Source: Chiloscyllium plagiosum
Lineage: Eukaryota
NCBI RefSeq assembly: GCF_004010195.1
Contig: NC_057711.1
Span: 70,725,018-70,789,017, forward strand
Length of the DNA stretch: 64,000 bases
Direction of reading: 5' to 3'
Of the stretch, positions 24,895 through 37,440 are shown piece by piece; position 1 is the stretch's first letter, and each line of letters starts with the position of its first letter. The translations under genes were made by a program, and so were the position numbers. A model generated the notes under the pieces. It saw only the letters and a program-made list of their open reading frames with translations, did not search any database and was not told the DNA's origin.

Positions 24895-26734
24895 TGGAGT
24901 CCTCAGCTTCACAGGTGTCAGTCTTCAGTGAATATGGCTGAAGGGACTGGATACTGAAAAGGCTCTGGACCTCGACAGCATTCCAGCAATAATGCAGAAG
25001 ATTTGTGTTCCAGAATTTGCTGCACTCTAGGCAAACTGTTCCAGTGCAGCTACAGCACGGCATCTACTCAACAATGGAAACATTTATTCTGGTATGCCTT
25101 GTACATTAAAAAAAAGACAAATCCAATCCAGCCAGTTACCCCATTCTCCTCACTCCAAATCAGACTATTCTCGTTCATCACTGAAGTAATGGAAGGGATT
25201 GTTAACACTCCTAACAAACAGCATCTGCTCAGGAATAACCTTCTTAATTTGGGTTCCATCAGGATCACTCAGTTCCTGATCTTATTGCAGCCTTTGTTCA
25301 AACAGAGACAGAAGACCTGAACCCCAGGGTGAAAGGAGATCCCAGACAGCAAGGCTGCATTTGACCAGGAGCCATAGTAAAACTGAAGCCAGTGGAATCA
25401 GGATCAAAACTCTCCGTTGACTCCAGTTGAACCTTGCATAACGGAAACTTATTGTGGTTGTTGGAGATCTCATTTTATTATTTTACAGGAGTCTCTTACT
25501 CTCTCTGTCCCCCATTGCTTCTCAGTCCTGTAGGTGGTGCTATTATCGCAGTTACAGCAGAGGAACCCAATTGTTGCAAAATCTGGTGTTTCTGAATGCA
25601 ATTAATGAAGACAACCAACCTTTCAGAAGCAACTCATTAAAAGAGAAATGACACTGCAAGGTCTGTGTCATCCCACTTTAATCTGTGACACATCAGATTA
25701 GAAAAGGAGCAAAATACTTACAAAATATATAACCAGACACAATGTCACAGTTAAAGATTTTTTCCTGTTCCTACTCTAATTAGATGCTTTAATTACAATG
25801 GCTTTAAGTGTAGTAAAATGGAAATCTACTTGGTTTGAATCAGTGCTGTGCTTGCTTTGTAAGGCTCATCCCAGCCTATCTGCTAGATTTCACATTTTGA
25901 AAAGACTTCACATTCATCAGTGGAGACCTATTAGCAAGCCTGCTGAATATCCAGTTTTTGGGGTGAGATGAGAATGCAAGGATGCTGGTTTATGTCTCTC
26001 TGTGTGCTCTAGTTCAGTGTAATAATTTTGATCTGTATTTCAACCTGCACTTTATGCTTTTAAATAATTTGCCATGTTACAATTGTACGACGAGTGCATG
26101 AGTGAGAAGATGCCTCCACTAATGAATACATAGCTCTCCCATGTTGTTTGGATTCCAAATGGTTTTGTCCTTTTGTCAATTATGGCTTAAGACCAGGTAC
26201 TTATACACGAGGTAATTTGATACATGAGAACATTGTTCAAAACATTCTAACCCAAAATCCACATATAGTAAATCAGTCGTCCATATTTGGTGTGCTGTCA
26301 TGCCAAAAGACATTTAGTTTAACAAATTGCGATGAGTTAGTTTGAGGGTTTCTGACCCTTTTTCATTTTTCTGTGCCTTGCTTTGACTGTTATTGCTCAT
26401 TATCTTAAAATCTAGCTTACAAGATCATGTAAGTAACTTCTGTTCTGCCAAAGTGAGATTTTACTCACCTGCACGTTTGCAAAAAATTTACTCCGAGTAT
26501 GTGCTGTTATTGAATGTGAAAATAGTTCTGCAGGTAGTAATTTTGTAATATGTCATTAGTTGTGTAGAAGCTCCAAATGAAGATCAATTTCAGAAATTCT
26601 GAAATGAATTAAATGTACTGCAAACTGCACCAATGTTTAAAATGCTGATGAGCTGCATAGGGAAATGTGCAGGTTTGTATAATTGTGCCATGTACATTCT
26701 AGAAACTGGAGAGTGCAGTGTGGATGTCAATCCA

Positions 26735-27152
26735 AACAACTAGTATTTACATAGCACATTCATCAATCAGCAAATATCACAAAGAATCTTATCACCAAAG
26801 AAGCAATTTTGAAGTTTTGTAATATAAGAAATGCTTTAGTCAATTTGCTTATAGAAAACTCCCACAAATAGCAACATGACAATGACTGGATAATCTGATT
26901 TTGAGATGATTGAGTGATTAATATTAACCAGGACCCATAGGATAACTCTCCTGTTTTTTGCAATACTGTCTGCCAAACAGGCAGATGGGGATTCAGTTTA
27001 AAGTCTTATTGTGATATGGCACATGTAACAATGCAGTGTTCCTTCACTACCATACTAGTGTAAGGGCATTGATTTTGGTGCTCAAGATCTGCAGTAGGCT
27101 TTAATGTACAACTTTCAGACTGATGGATAACAGTACTACCAGTTATGTCACA
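26735..27152 (-). mobile_element. Old DeuSINE-type SINE
   Basis: CAGGCAGATGGGGATTCAGTTTAAAGTCTTAT...GGCAC resembles the Deu domain. Homologous to 11885-12730. Confidence 0.6.
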
Positions 27153-27159
27153 GAGTTAT

Positions 27160-27468
27160 TAGATTACATTACAGTGTGGAAACAGGCCCTTCGGCCCAAC
27201 AAGTCCACACCGACCCGCCGAAGCGAAACCCACCCATACCCCTACATTTACCCCTTACCTAACACTACGGGCAATTTAGCATGGCCAATTCACATGACCC
27301 TGCACATCTTTTGGACTGTGGGAGGAAACCGGAGCACCCGGAGGAAACCCACGCAGACACGGGGAGAACGTGCAAACTCCACACAGTCAATCGCCTGAGG
27401 CGGGAATTGAACCCGGGTCTCAGGCGCTGTGAGGCAGCAGTGCTAACCACTGTGCCACCGTGACACCC
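27160..27468 (-). mobile_element. Young full-length HE1-type V-SINE
   Basis: Intact A-box TGGCACAGTGG and B-box GGTTCAATTCC, V domain, many CpGs retained. TSD AGTTAT at 27154-27159 and 27469-27474. Confidence 0.95.
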
Positions 27469-27549
27469 AGTTATGTTTTTCTTAACAACAGAGAAAGAGG
27501 CCCTTTCTTCTGTTGTGAATGCACCAGTCATGAAAAATCCATCTGTTTG

Positions 27550-27650
27550 AAAACAAAGACAGAAAGTGCTGGAAACACTCAGTAGGTCTGGCAGCATCTG
27601 TGGAGAGAAAGCAGAGTTAACATGTTCAGTCCACGGACCCTTTTTCAGAA
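27550..27650 (-). mobile_element. Degenerate short Penelope-derived element with decayed hammerhead
   Basis: GCTGGAAACACTCAGTAGGTCTGGCAGCATCTG is shared with the short elements at 36361 and 52335. The minus strand reads CTGAAAAAGGGTCCGTGGACTGAACATGTT. Confidence 0.6.
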
Positions 27651-27659
27651 TGGACTTTT

Positions 27660-28500
27660 TTTTTGTTTACTTCCTCTGCTCTAATAAACAACCCCAGATT
27701 ATTTAATTTTCCTTCATAGTTGAATTGCTTTATCTCACGCAACATCCTGGTGAATGTCCTCTGCAACCTCTCTAGTCTAATTGCATCCTTTCTGTAATAT
27801 CGTTCCAAATTTTGGGCCCCGTACCTTAGGAAGGATGTATTGGCCCTGGAGTGGGTCCAGAGGAGGTTTGCAAGAATATCCCAGGAATGAAAGACTTAAC
27901 ACATGAGGAGCGTTTGAGGACTCAGGGATTATACTGGATGGAGTTTAGAATGATGAGGGGAGATCTGATTGAAACTTATAGTGAATGGCCTGGACAGAGT
28001 TGAAATTGGGAAGATGTTTCCATTGGCAGGAGAGATGAGGACCCTAGGGTACACTCTTACAGTAAAGGGAAGACCCTTTAGAACAGAGACAAGGAGAAAC
28101 ATCTTTAGCCAGAGAATGGTGAATCTGTGGAATTGAATGCCACAGAAGGCTTTGGAGGCCAAGTTATTGAGGATATTTAAAACCAAGATAGATAAATGCT
28201 TGATTGCTAAGGGGTTTAAAGGTTATGGGGAGAAGGTGAGAAAATGGGGTTGAAAATCCTATCGGTTATGACTGAATGGCAAAACAGACCCCACGAAGTG
28301 ACGAATGACCTAATTTCTTCTCCTATGGCTTATGGTCTTACAGTGCAGTGACAAGAGGTCAAGACAATATTCCACCTGTGGAGACAACTTCATCATAATC
28401 TCCTTGCACTTCTATTCATTGACTTGACTATTAAGGCAAGTATCTTCTATGCCTTAACCACCATACCTACTTGTCCTGCTGCCTTCAACCATCTATGGTT
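27660..28500 (-). mobile_element. Old CR1 fragment interrupted by an opposite-strand CR1
   Basis: ORF 27626..27808 YYRKDAIRLERLQRTFTRML. The sequence resumes at ~28340-28500. Confidence 0.7.
27805..28340 (+). mobile_element. CR1 LINE 3' end
   Basis: FWAPYLRKDVLALEWVQRRF and GDLIETY motifs. Tail CTATGGCTTATGGTCTTA. Confidence 0.88.
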
Positions 28501-29279
28501 GACTCATTATAAGAGGTAGTTCACACAACTGGCAGCAAGGTTATTTTCCCTTATGTTTTTGCATCAGTGGTTCTTTTATTTTCAATTTGATGTTACATAT
28601 TATCCTACCTCAGCCACCATTATATATTTACAATGTCACAAAATTTAAATGTAATAATCAGTTGCTTAATAGTACTGAATATAAATATTACTGAAAACAA
28701 ATGCATGTTGGATAAGAAGAGTTAGGTGTTTGTTGTTAACTCGTGCAGAACAAATGGGCTGAAGGGCTTTTTTATCGATGTTGAAGATCTCTCTAACTAC
28801 GTTGCTTGACTGATTCTCTTAAATTAGTTGTTAGTGTCACCATTAACATACTCTGGATTATTCAGCGAGTGAGCCCAACAATAAAGAAAGCTATAACACT
28901 ACCTTCTTTCCTTCTCCATAGCCAGTTAGAGTGGTTTTGCCAACTAATCAATACATTTTCTCTTGCAGTATAAATTGTTGTGGTCATGTAAAAGTTGACA
29001 TTCTTGCTTTTGTTCTGGTGAGTTCGACTTGATAAAGTTCAGCAATGTTATTCTCTTTTTAGTAATTACTAAGTAATTATTTCAGATAAAATTTCAAACA
29101 GTAAAATAACCAGTAAATACCAAAGAATGGGAGTTCCCTTTTATAATTACCCTATTTTTGAACAGATTCAGTGTTGGTAGGGTCAGTTAGTAGTTTGCAT
29201 TTATAATGATTTAAAATTTGCTGAGGGAGAAATTAGAATTTAATGTGTGCAATATTTTTAAGTATTTTGCAGAGCAGGT

Positions 29280-31635
29280 TCTAAAAAACATAGCTTCTAG
29301 ACTGGGTCTGCAGAGGTGGTGAGGGGAAAACATATTTGACCTCATCCTTCCTAATGTGTCAACTGCAGATGCATCTGTCCACGACAGTCTCATTATGAGT
29401 GACCACTGCAGTCCTTGTGGAGACAAAATCCTGCCTTTACAATGACAATAACTTCCCTTGTGTTATGTGGCATTATCACTATGCAAAATAGAACAGTCTT
29501 CAAACAGATTTAGCAACTCAAGACTAGGCATCTGTGAGGTGTTGTGGACATAGACAGCAGCAGAATTGCACTCCAGCACAATCTGCAACCTCATGGCCTG
29601 GCAGATGCCCCACTTAACTATTACCATCAGGCCAAGGGATCAGCCTTGGTTCAATGGAGAGTCCAGGAGGTGTCAAATGAGGTGTCAACTTGGTGAAGTT
29701 ACCAAACAGGACTATTTGCACGCCAACAGTATAGGCAGCAAATGACAGACAGAACTAAGCAAGCCCACAACTAATGGATCAGATCTAAGCTCTGCAGTCC
29801 TGCCACATCCAGTCATGGATGATTGTGAATAATTAACTCACTGGAGGAGGAAACTCCACAAATATCCTGATCCTCAATGATAGAAGAGCCCAACACAACA
29901 GTGCAAAAGATAAGGCTGAAGCATTCACAGCATTTTTCAGCGAGAAGTGCCAAGTTGATGATCCATTTTGGCCTCCTCCAGTTGTCCCCAGCATTATAGA
30001 TACCAGTCTTCAGCCAATTCATTTCACTCTGTGATATCAAGAAATGATTGGAGATACTGGATGCTACAAAGGCTATGGGCCCTGACAACGTTGCAGCAAT
30101 AGTACTGAAGACTTGTGACCTAGAACTTGCTGCTCCCCTAGCCAAGCTATTCCAGTACAGTTACAACACTGGCATCTACCTGACAATGTGGAAAATTGTC
30201 CAGGTATGTCCTGTACATAAAAAGCAGGATAAATCCAACCTGGCCAATTACTGCCCCATGAGTCTATTCTCAATCTTAGGAAAGTAACTGAAGGAGTCAT
30301 CAACAGTGCTATCAAGCCGCACCTGCTCAGCAATATCCTGCTCAGTGACGCTCTGTGAGGGTTCCACCAGGACCACTCAGTTCCTAACTTCATTACAGCT
30401 TTGGTTCAAACATGGACTCTGAATTCCAGAGGTGAGGTGAGAGTGTCAGCCCTTGACGTCGAAGCTACATTTGACCAAGTGTGGCATCAAGGAGCCCTCG
30501 CAAAACTGGAATCAATGGGTATCGGGGGGCAAACCTTCCACTGGTTTAGGTCATACCTGGCACTTGGGAAGATAGTTATAGCTGCTGGAGGTAAGTTATC
30601 TGAGCTCCAGGGCATCTCTGTCGGAGTTCCTCAGGATAGTGCTCAACTATCTTCAGTTGCTTCATTGATGTCCTTCCTTCCATAATGTCAGAAGTGGGGA
30701 TGTTCGCCAATGATTGGACAATGTTCCACACCATTCACTATCCCTCAGACATTAAATCAGTCCATGTTTAAATGCAATAAGATCTGGACAATATCCAGGT
30801 TTGGGCTGACAGTGGCAAGTAACATTCATGATGCCTGAAATGTCGATTCCCCTGCTCCTTGGATGCTGCCTGACCAGCTATGCTTTTCCAGCAACACACA
30901 CTCCGACAAAATAACATTCATGCCACAGAAATGCCAGACTATGACCATTATCAATAATAAACAATTTAACCATCACCCCATGACATTCTTTGGTATTGCC
31001 ACCACTGAATCTCTCACTATCAACACCCTTTGGGGTTATCATCGACCAGAAACTCAACTGGACTTGCCACATAAACACAGTGGCTATGAGAGCAGGTCAG
31101 AAACTAGGAATACTGTGGAGAGAAGCTCACCTCCTGATTTCCCCAAAGTCTGGCCTTCATCTACAAGGCACAAGTCAGAGGTGTGGTGAAGTACTGTACT
31201 CTCCACTTTCCTGGATGGGTGCAGCTCCAACAATCAAAAAAAAACTTGACACCACCCCCTACACCACTGATGCTCAGTAGCTCAGTCCTGTACTATCTAC
31301 AAAATCAGTGTAAAAATTCACCAAAGATCCTTATACAGCACGTTCCATTTCCACAGTTATTTCCATTTTGAAAGACATGGGCAGCAGCTGGGAACACCAT
31401 CATCTGCAAGTTCTCCTCCAAGCCACTCACCATCCTGACTTGGAAATATTTGACTGTTCCTTCACTGTCGCTGGATCAAAATTCTGAAATTCCCTCCCTA
31501 AGGACATTGTGGGTTGACCTACAGCACATGGACTGCAGCAGTTCAAGAAGGCAGCTCACCACCACTGGGCGACTGGGGTGGGGCAATAAATACTGGTCAC
31601 CCAGCGACGACCACTTCCCATGAATTAATAAAACG
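29280..31635 (+). mobile_element. LINE family A (CR1/L2 group) ORF2 pseudogene and 3' UTR
   Basis: LDATKAMGPDNV..LKTC..ELAAPLAKLFQYSYNTG..WKIVQVCPVHKK, ALDVEATFDQVWHQG, VGVPQDS, FAND, GVIIDQKLNW. Multiple stops and frameshifts. Confidence 0.92.
30831..30911 (+). mobile_element. Short hammerhead-family insertion, truncated within stem II
   Basis: GCCTGAAATGTCGATTCCCCTGCTCCTTGGATGCTGCCTGACC. TSD TAACATTCATG at 30820-30830 and 30912-30922. Confidence 0.85.
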
Positions 31636-32384
31636 AAAAGTGGTAAAGGTCCCAACAATATGTGGTAACAGAAATATGGCATCAGTTGTGAATGAGAAAA
31701 AAGCCTATTCCCATTCGCCTCATGAAATTAGAAACTTTGAATGTCCTTGTGAGTTGCAAGATGTTGTGTTTGTTGCACTGTTATTGAACTTGTTGCAGAA
31801 TGAGTATGATACTTAATGATTAGACTTATTTTCATACAAAGTCATGTAACTTTTCTGACCCAGAAAGGGAACCATGTGGCACATTATTCCTGCAGGTAAT
31901 AAATTGTTCTTAGTGGTTTTCAAAAAAAACGTATTTTTCTTTTGAGACAACTTTTTAACTCTGACTGTGGAAGGGAATTCCCCCTTGTTGCATGGAATAG
32001 GTTTTGAGGAGGTACTGGAAATGAAGTCAGGCATCTGGACTCAAGGTGGCTCCCTCATATATTCCTGCCTCCATGACTTCACTGTAAGTGTCTCTCCAGT
32101 ACTAACAGCATCGAGTTGCTAATTATTGTCACTTAAGGGTAAACCAATGTACGTCAGCCCTGTGCTCACCCAAATCCAAAACCTGGCAGGTGCCTAGAGA
32201 CTGACTCCCCTCCACAGGAGTGGTCTGGAAGTTTGGCTGTACTTGCGTTTAGCCATTGAAATCTTGTAAACTTCCACCTTCATTAGCCCACCTTTCCTGG
32301 TGGAGCTTCTCGCTTCTCATAGCCTTGACTGCTCTGATTACCCCTCATGTGCTGCAGTAGGTAGATATTTAATCAACGTGTTCA

Positions 32385-32470
32385 AATGTGTTATGATACC
32401 TATCTACAGCAGGCCGACCTTAAATCCAGGCCAGATGGCCGAGAGGTAGGGACATACTACTGTGCCACAG
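32385..32470 (-). mobile_element. Short tRNA-derived SINE remnant
   Basis: The minus strand reads TGTGGCACAGTAGTATGTCCCTACCTCTC...GGATTTAAGGTC (degenerate A/B boxes). A similar copy lies near 48420-48512. Confidence 0.45.
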
Positions 32471-32474
32471 TCAT

Positions 32475-32572
32475 TTTATTCCTGATGAAGGGCTTTTGCC
32501 CGAAACGTAGATTTTGCCTGTCCTCGGATGCTGCCTGAATTGCTGTGCTCTTCCAGCACCACTGATCTAGAA
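32475..32572 (+). mobile_element. 98-bp hammerhead-bearing mobile element
   Basis: CTGATGA-A-GGGC-TTTT-GCCC-GAAAC-GTA at 32482-32509. Perfect 14-bp TSD TGTGCCACAGTCAT at 32461-32474 and 32573-32586. Confidence 0.9.
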
Positions 32573-34779
32573 TGTGCCACAGTCATGTACACTGTAGCCA
32601 GTTGGGCAAGACTACTGGTGGTGACCTGGTAATTGGCCTGTGGATAGACAGGACTCTTAACACCAATGCATTTGGGACTTTAAAATGATCCTAACACTGA
32701 AAATCTTCTATTAGGGAGATAATCTATTGTAAATTTCTGTGTGATGATTTGATTCTGATTTATCCTGCTCCCTTTTTCCACTGGCTATCTTTTCCTTGCC
32801 CTAGCATCAAATCTCATAATTTAAAGCATTAGACTGTTCGTCCCATCATCCACCAAGGTCCAACGTTGTCCTTGTCATACTCAGATTGCAACACTGAAAA
32901 GATGAGGGAAAAAACCTCCTTTCAGGGCCTAATGTATTAATCCTCTGATGTAGACACTGAACATGTCAATTTAGCCCAAAACATTCTTGAACATTATAAT
33001 TCTTGGATTGAGGTCGTTTGATATGTGATCCGAAATTTTCTATCATTCGTAAAAAAAATGAAGTCGCAAATTCACCTATACACCCCCAAACATGTATAAC
33101 TGCTGCATGTGACTTGTTTTACTGTGAAGTCCTTGTTGCCACTTTGAGTTTGCTGTTAGAATATAGTAATTTGTCGCTATGTCAAATTTTTGTATACATA
33201 AAAAATACTTAAAAATTGAGTATTTACTGATCCTTCAGATGTTATACTGACTGATAACCAAAGTTATCATTTCCTCCAAGATCAGCATTGTGCTATGACA
33301 CGTTACATTTTGTTAAGGCTAATGCATGTCATTTGAAACAAATTTAGTTGTTCTAAAAATGTCACCTCTGGAGGGCAGTGTTCACTGTCTTTTAGTTAAC
33401 TTATCGCTGTTCAGCATCTTGAATGTTAAAAGTAGGCGAAGCCATTTCCACCTGCATTTCTTGACTTCATTATGGCTGTGTTAATATAAAAGATTGATAA
33501 CGTGCAAAATCTGCTTATAACTGCTGAATATGGCCACCTATCACCCCAATTAGCCTTAGTATTGATCAGAGGATGAGCAATCTCTGGTTGAAAACGAGCT
33601 TGGTTGAACAGACAGCAGCAACTGTAATGCAGGAGGAGAGATGCAACTTGACCTTCTTGGGAGCTGTGGCATTTTTCTGTACCATATTGCATATACCATT
33701 TTCTTAAGAATATTTCTGGTAATCTACAGTATTATTATTTTTCACTGTTTTCAAAACTGAATTTGGAGCAAAATAATATTTGTATGTATAAATAATTTGT
33801 GCATCACAAAGAGATGTACTTGTAAAAACGTTAGAAAATTGTAAGATTGTGCTAAAGAGAATATCTTCGAATTATAACTAAATTGTACACTCCATCTAAG
33901 TAGTTTTATATATACCGCAAGAAAAAGGGAAATGTGTTCTTTTATGAGATTTTATTTAGTCATTGCACACATCTAATGCTATTACTATCTTTCTGATATG
34001 TTTGAACAACTGAATATTGCTGCACCAATTGTTCTAATGTAAGAACTAAATTTACATTCCGAACGGATTTGTTGATAGAGTAGAATGGGATGTGACCTTT
34101 AGTGTGATAGCACGTTGGCTTGGTGCTCAAGTCTCTGGGATTGTATTAAATTTCTGATCTACATAAGCGATTCTTAGGAAATGCAGACACTGATCCTTTA
34201 AGATTTGATTATGAAACCACAGTATTGTTTGATATTGCATAATAACTCATAACTTGATACTTGTACAAAAATTTGATCCTTGCAATGGTGCTGCTGAAAT
34301 GATTTTTAGCTCTCCATCATATCAGTGCTGCTTCTTGCATGTGTCCCATTATTTTAGCAGCAGAGTAAGGTCACAGTTCTGATTGCTATTGTTATCCCAG
34401 GTGGTGTCATGACCTTTTTAAATTGTGTTAGCAAATGTAATTCCTTTGTTATCACTTCTTGCTAATTCATTTAATTTATACATAGTCATGTCAATGCAAA
34501 GAATAATCAGCCACAAAAATCTAGCAAATCTTTAAATTTATATACTTTTCCTGATAGTCAGATTTTTGAGGTGAAGTACAGGGAGAACATGATAAATATG
34601 TAGTTAGAATTATTTGTGGTGTTTTGTTTTCAAAAACTTGGCTTTTAGGCCAACTTATTTGATGAAACAAAGGAAACAAAACTGCCATGACAGATTTCTG
34701 CATTTTATTTTCGATCTATCTCTGTTATACTTTTAATGTAACTTGACAGGCGTATCAAGAAATTGAAAAGCAAACGAAA

Positions 34780-34910
34780 AAGCAATGCTGCAGAAGCTGG
34801 AATTCTTTGAAAGCAAAGACAATAAAAGCCAGATATGCTCAACAGGTCAACGGTACCTGTGGAGAAACAGAAGTCAGCTAGTTGACATTTTGGCTTTGTG
34901 ACCCTTCTTT
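34780..34910 (-). mobile_element. Highly decayed relative of the 27550-27650 element
   Basis: CTCAACAGGTC...CTGTGGAGAAACAG...TTGACATTTTGG...GTGACCCTTCTT, in the same motif order. Confidence 0.4.
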
Positions 34911-35759
34911 AGCACTCAAAGGAACCCATTGGAAGGCTTTTAAGTAATCAACTGACTGTTTCTCCATAGCACAAGGGTTTGTAAGCACTGGAAGAGTTCC
35001 CATCAATATTGCCTTTGCAAGATTCACCAAGTCACCAGTAGCAAGAACGTGGTCCAAAATCAGTATTTGGGAGTGGACAAAGGTGCTCATCACTCAAAAT
35101 GAGCTACTTTCAGCAGCCCTCCTGTGCATTTTTTATTCTACTTGGAATTCAGTTGGGACAGGAGTCTTCCAAGAGTATAAAGAGAATGCTTCAGGAGTAT
35201 CCTCAAAGTATTCCTGAGGTCAAACATCCCCACCAATCCACAGGAGTCCCTAGATGGTTTCTGACTAACTAAAATAGAGAAGATTAATTTGGGTAGGTAG
35301 CAAACACATTGGACAAGCCCATCAGAGGCAAAGTCAAGGCATCAGAGTAAATGCGTATATGGCAGAGACAGCAGATTGTGCATTAGACTTCTTAGCTATC
35401 TCAGAGCCAGTGAACCCGAGTACAAGTAAGTCATCCCTGAACCTGAGAAACTGCGATAAGAATAACACTTTTGATAGGGAGTATTGGTTCTCATAAAATG
35501 GCAGGAATATAAATATGCTGCATTGTGAATAGTTTACATATAATACATACAGTGGTGCAAAACGTTTCAGCTGCAAAATACTGAGTCATATATTTTCCAC
35601 AGCTGCTATTCAAGCTCTCTTTTTATTCCCTTCAACCTTTAAAATGTTTACAAATGTTGACATCCATTCACATCCATCCATTCACGTGATCACATTTATT
35701 TCTGTGGCGATGCCTTGTGGAGTTTTCTCACGTGAAGTGATTTTAAAATCTCAAACAGC

Positions 35760-36670
35760 TTAACTAGAAAGCAACGTTGAACAGACGTCATTTTCCATTG
35801 GAGGTTAGAAGAGTGAGAGGTGACTTGATTGAAGTAAATAGGATGCTAACTACCTTGAACAAAAGGTGCATGTGGAAAGGGTGTGTTCAGAACTAAGGGC
35901 CCTGCGTAAACATTTGGGGTAACGCTTTTAGGACAGAAATGAGGAGATTATTTTTCTGAGGCTTGCATGATTTTGGAATTCTCTGTCTCAAGCAGGATCA
36001 TTTGAATATTTTTCAGGCAGAGGTAGGTAGGTTCTTATTAGGCGAGAAGATTGATACTGAATATGGAGGGATTTTCTTATGAGGCAAGGTTGAGTAGATT
36101 GGGCTTTATAATCATTATAGTTTAGAAGAATGATCAGAGATCTTTATTGAAGCCTGTAAGAGAGTTAGAGACTTGACAAGGTAGATGTGGAAAGGCTGTT
36201 TCTTCCTGGAGAAGAATCTAGGACCAGAGGGCATAATCACAAATTAAGAGGTCATCTAAAACTTAGATGAAGAGGAATTCTTTACTTTTGAGAGTAATCT
36301 GTGGAACTCTTTACTGCAGAGGGCTGTAGAGGTTGGTGTTGGGGGCCGTTGCTCAGTATAGGAGAAAGTGAGGACTGCAGATGCTGGAGATCTGAGTCAA
36401 GAGTGTGATGCTGGAAAAGCACAGCAGGTCAGGCAGCATCCGTGGAGCAGGCGAATCAATGTTTCGGGCAAAAGCCCTTCATCAGGAATGAGGTTGCTAA
36501 GTATATTCAAGGCTATGATAGACAAGTTGTTAATCAGTAAAGGCATCGAAGGCTATGGGGATAATACAAGAAATTGCATTTGAGGATTATCGATCAGCTG
36601 TGACTTCATTGAATGGTGGAGCAGATTTGATGGGTGAAATGGCCTACTTTTGCTCTGACATCTTATGGTC
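35760..36670 (+). mobile_element. Two tandem CR1 3' fragments
   Basis: RRVRGDLIEV-type motifs occur twice (~35810 and ~36125). 3' UTR GGCCTACTTTTGCTCTGACATCTTATGGTC. Confidence 0.8.
36361..36492 (-). mobile_element. 132-bp hammerhead-bearing mobile element inside CR1
   Basis: The minus strand reads CTGATGA-A-GGGC-TTTT-GCCC-GAAAC-ATT. TSD GTTGCTCAGTATA 36348-36360 and GTTGCTAAGTATA 36493-36505. Confidence 0.9.
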
Positions 36671-36939
36671 TCCCAATTACCTTCTAACTCTCCTCATGCC
36701 CTCTCTGAATGTAACCAATCTGAGACCCCTGTCCTGCTTCTTTGGCTTTATTCTCACTAAGATATTGACTACCCTAACTTCTGTCCCATTATCCATGTTA
36801 ACTGACAATTAATAGTGTTTTCTGCAAACAATGCCACTCTGTCTTTTGAATCTGCCACATCACCTCTTTCCTTGAAAAAGCAATCCTTGGCTCCTCTTTC
36901 CTCCCGTACTATCGCACTGATTCTTTCCCATCTCAGCAC

Positions 36940-37440
36940 ATCTGCTGCTTAAACTCCTCTTGCCTTTTGTCAGCTCTCATTTTGATTGTTCCAACAAACA
37001 GCTGGCTGCTGCTATACACTTAAAATCAGCTACACCATTGCTTCCATGTACTTGCAAGTACCTAACCCCATTCACATCATCCCTTGGCTCCCAGTTATAT
37101 GATGCATCAACTTATGAAGTTTTCATCTTTATTGAAAATTCCTCACTGTCCCTATCTCTTTTAGTCTCCTCCAGTCCCGAAACCCTCCAGGATATCTGCT
37201 CTTGCCCCTGGAATGTCATGCCTTCAACTGGCAAGTTCCTAAAATTCTGAAAGTCCCACCTTTCATCTGTCTACCTCTCTCATTTAAGACATGTTTTAAA
37301 ACCTATTGCTTTGACAGCTTTTGGTATTCTGCTCTAATATCTCCTGTGTGACTGTGTGTCAAATATGGTTTGTTAAGGCTTCTGCAAAGCATCTGGGGGT
37401 GTTTTATTACATTTAAAAGATTTATTTAAGTTCACTGTTG
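36940..37440 (+). mobile_element. Decayed L2-type LINE 3' end
   Basis: TTAAGACATGTTTTAAAACCTATTGCTTTGAC and the terminal AAGCATCTGGGGGTGTTTTATTACATTTAAAAG..TGTTG resemble L2 3' ends. Confidence 0.5.

Larger units (their letters stand above)
20205..25460 (+). mobile_element. LINE family A copy (5' region, APE endonuclease, partial RT) hosting nested insertions
   Basis: APE motifs in ORF 22603..22989 (NVLWTGDNNVH). RT-proximal ALGKLFQCSYS..QWK at ~25020. Colinear with 29280-31635. The 5' part at 20205-20530 appears to rejoin at ~22520. Confidence 0.75.

Noticed and set aside
23440..25063. Long poly-Glu, poly-Ser, RRKK, LLFF and RRGG ORFs of 459-496 aa
   Set aside because: Stop-free translations of the 12-mer array inside a decayed LINE, not genes.
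27390..27468. tRNA gene
   Set aside because: The A/B boxes belong to the head of a V-SINE with body, tail and TSD. The same applies to 14250-14327.
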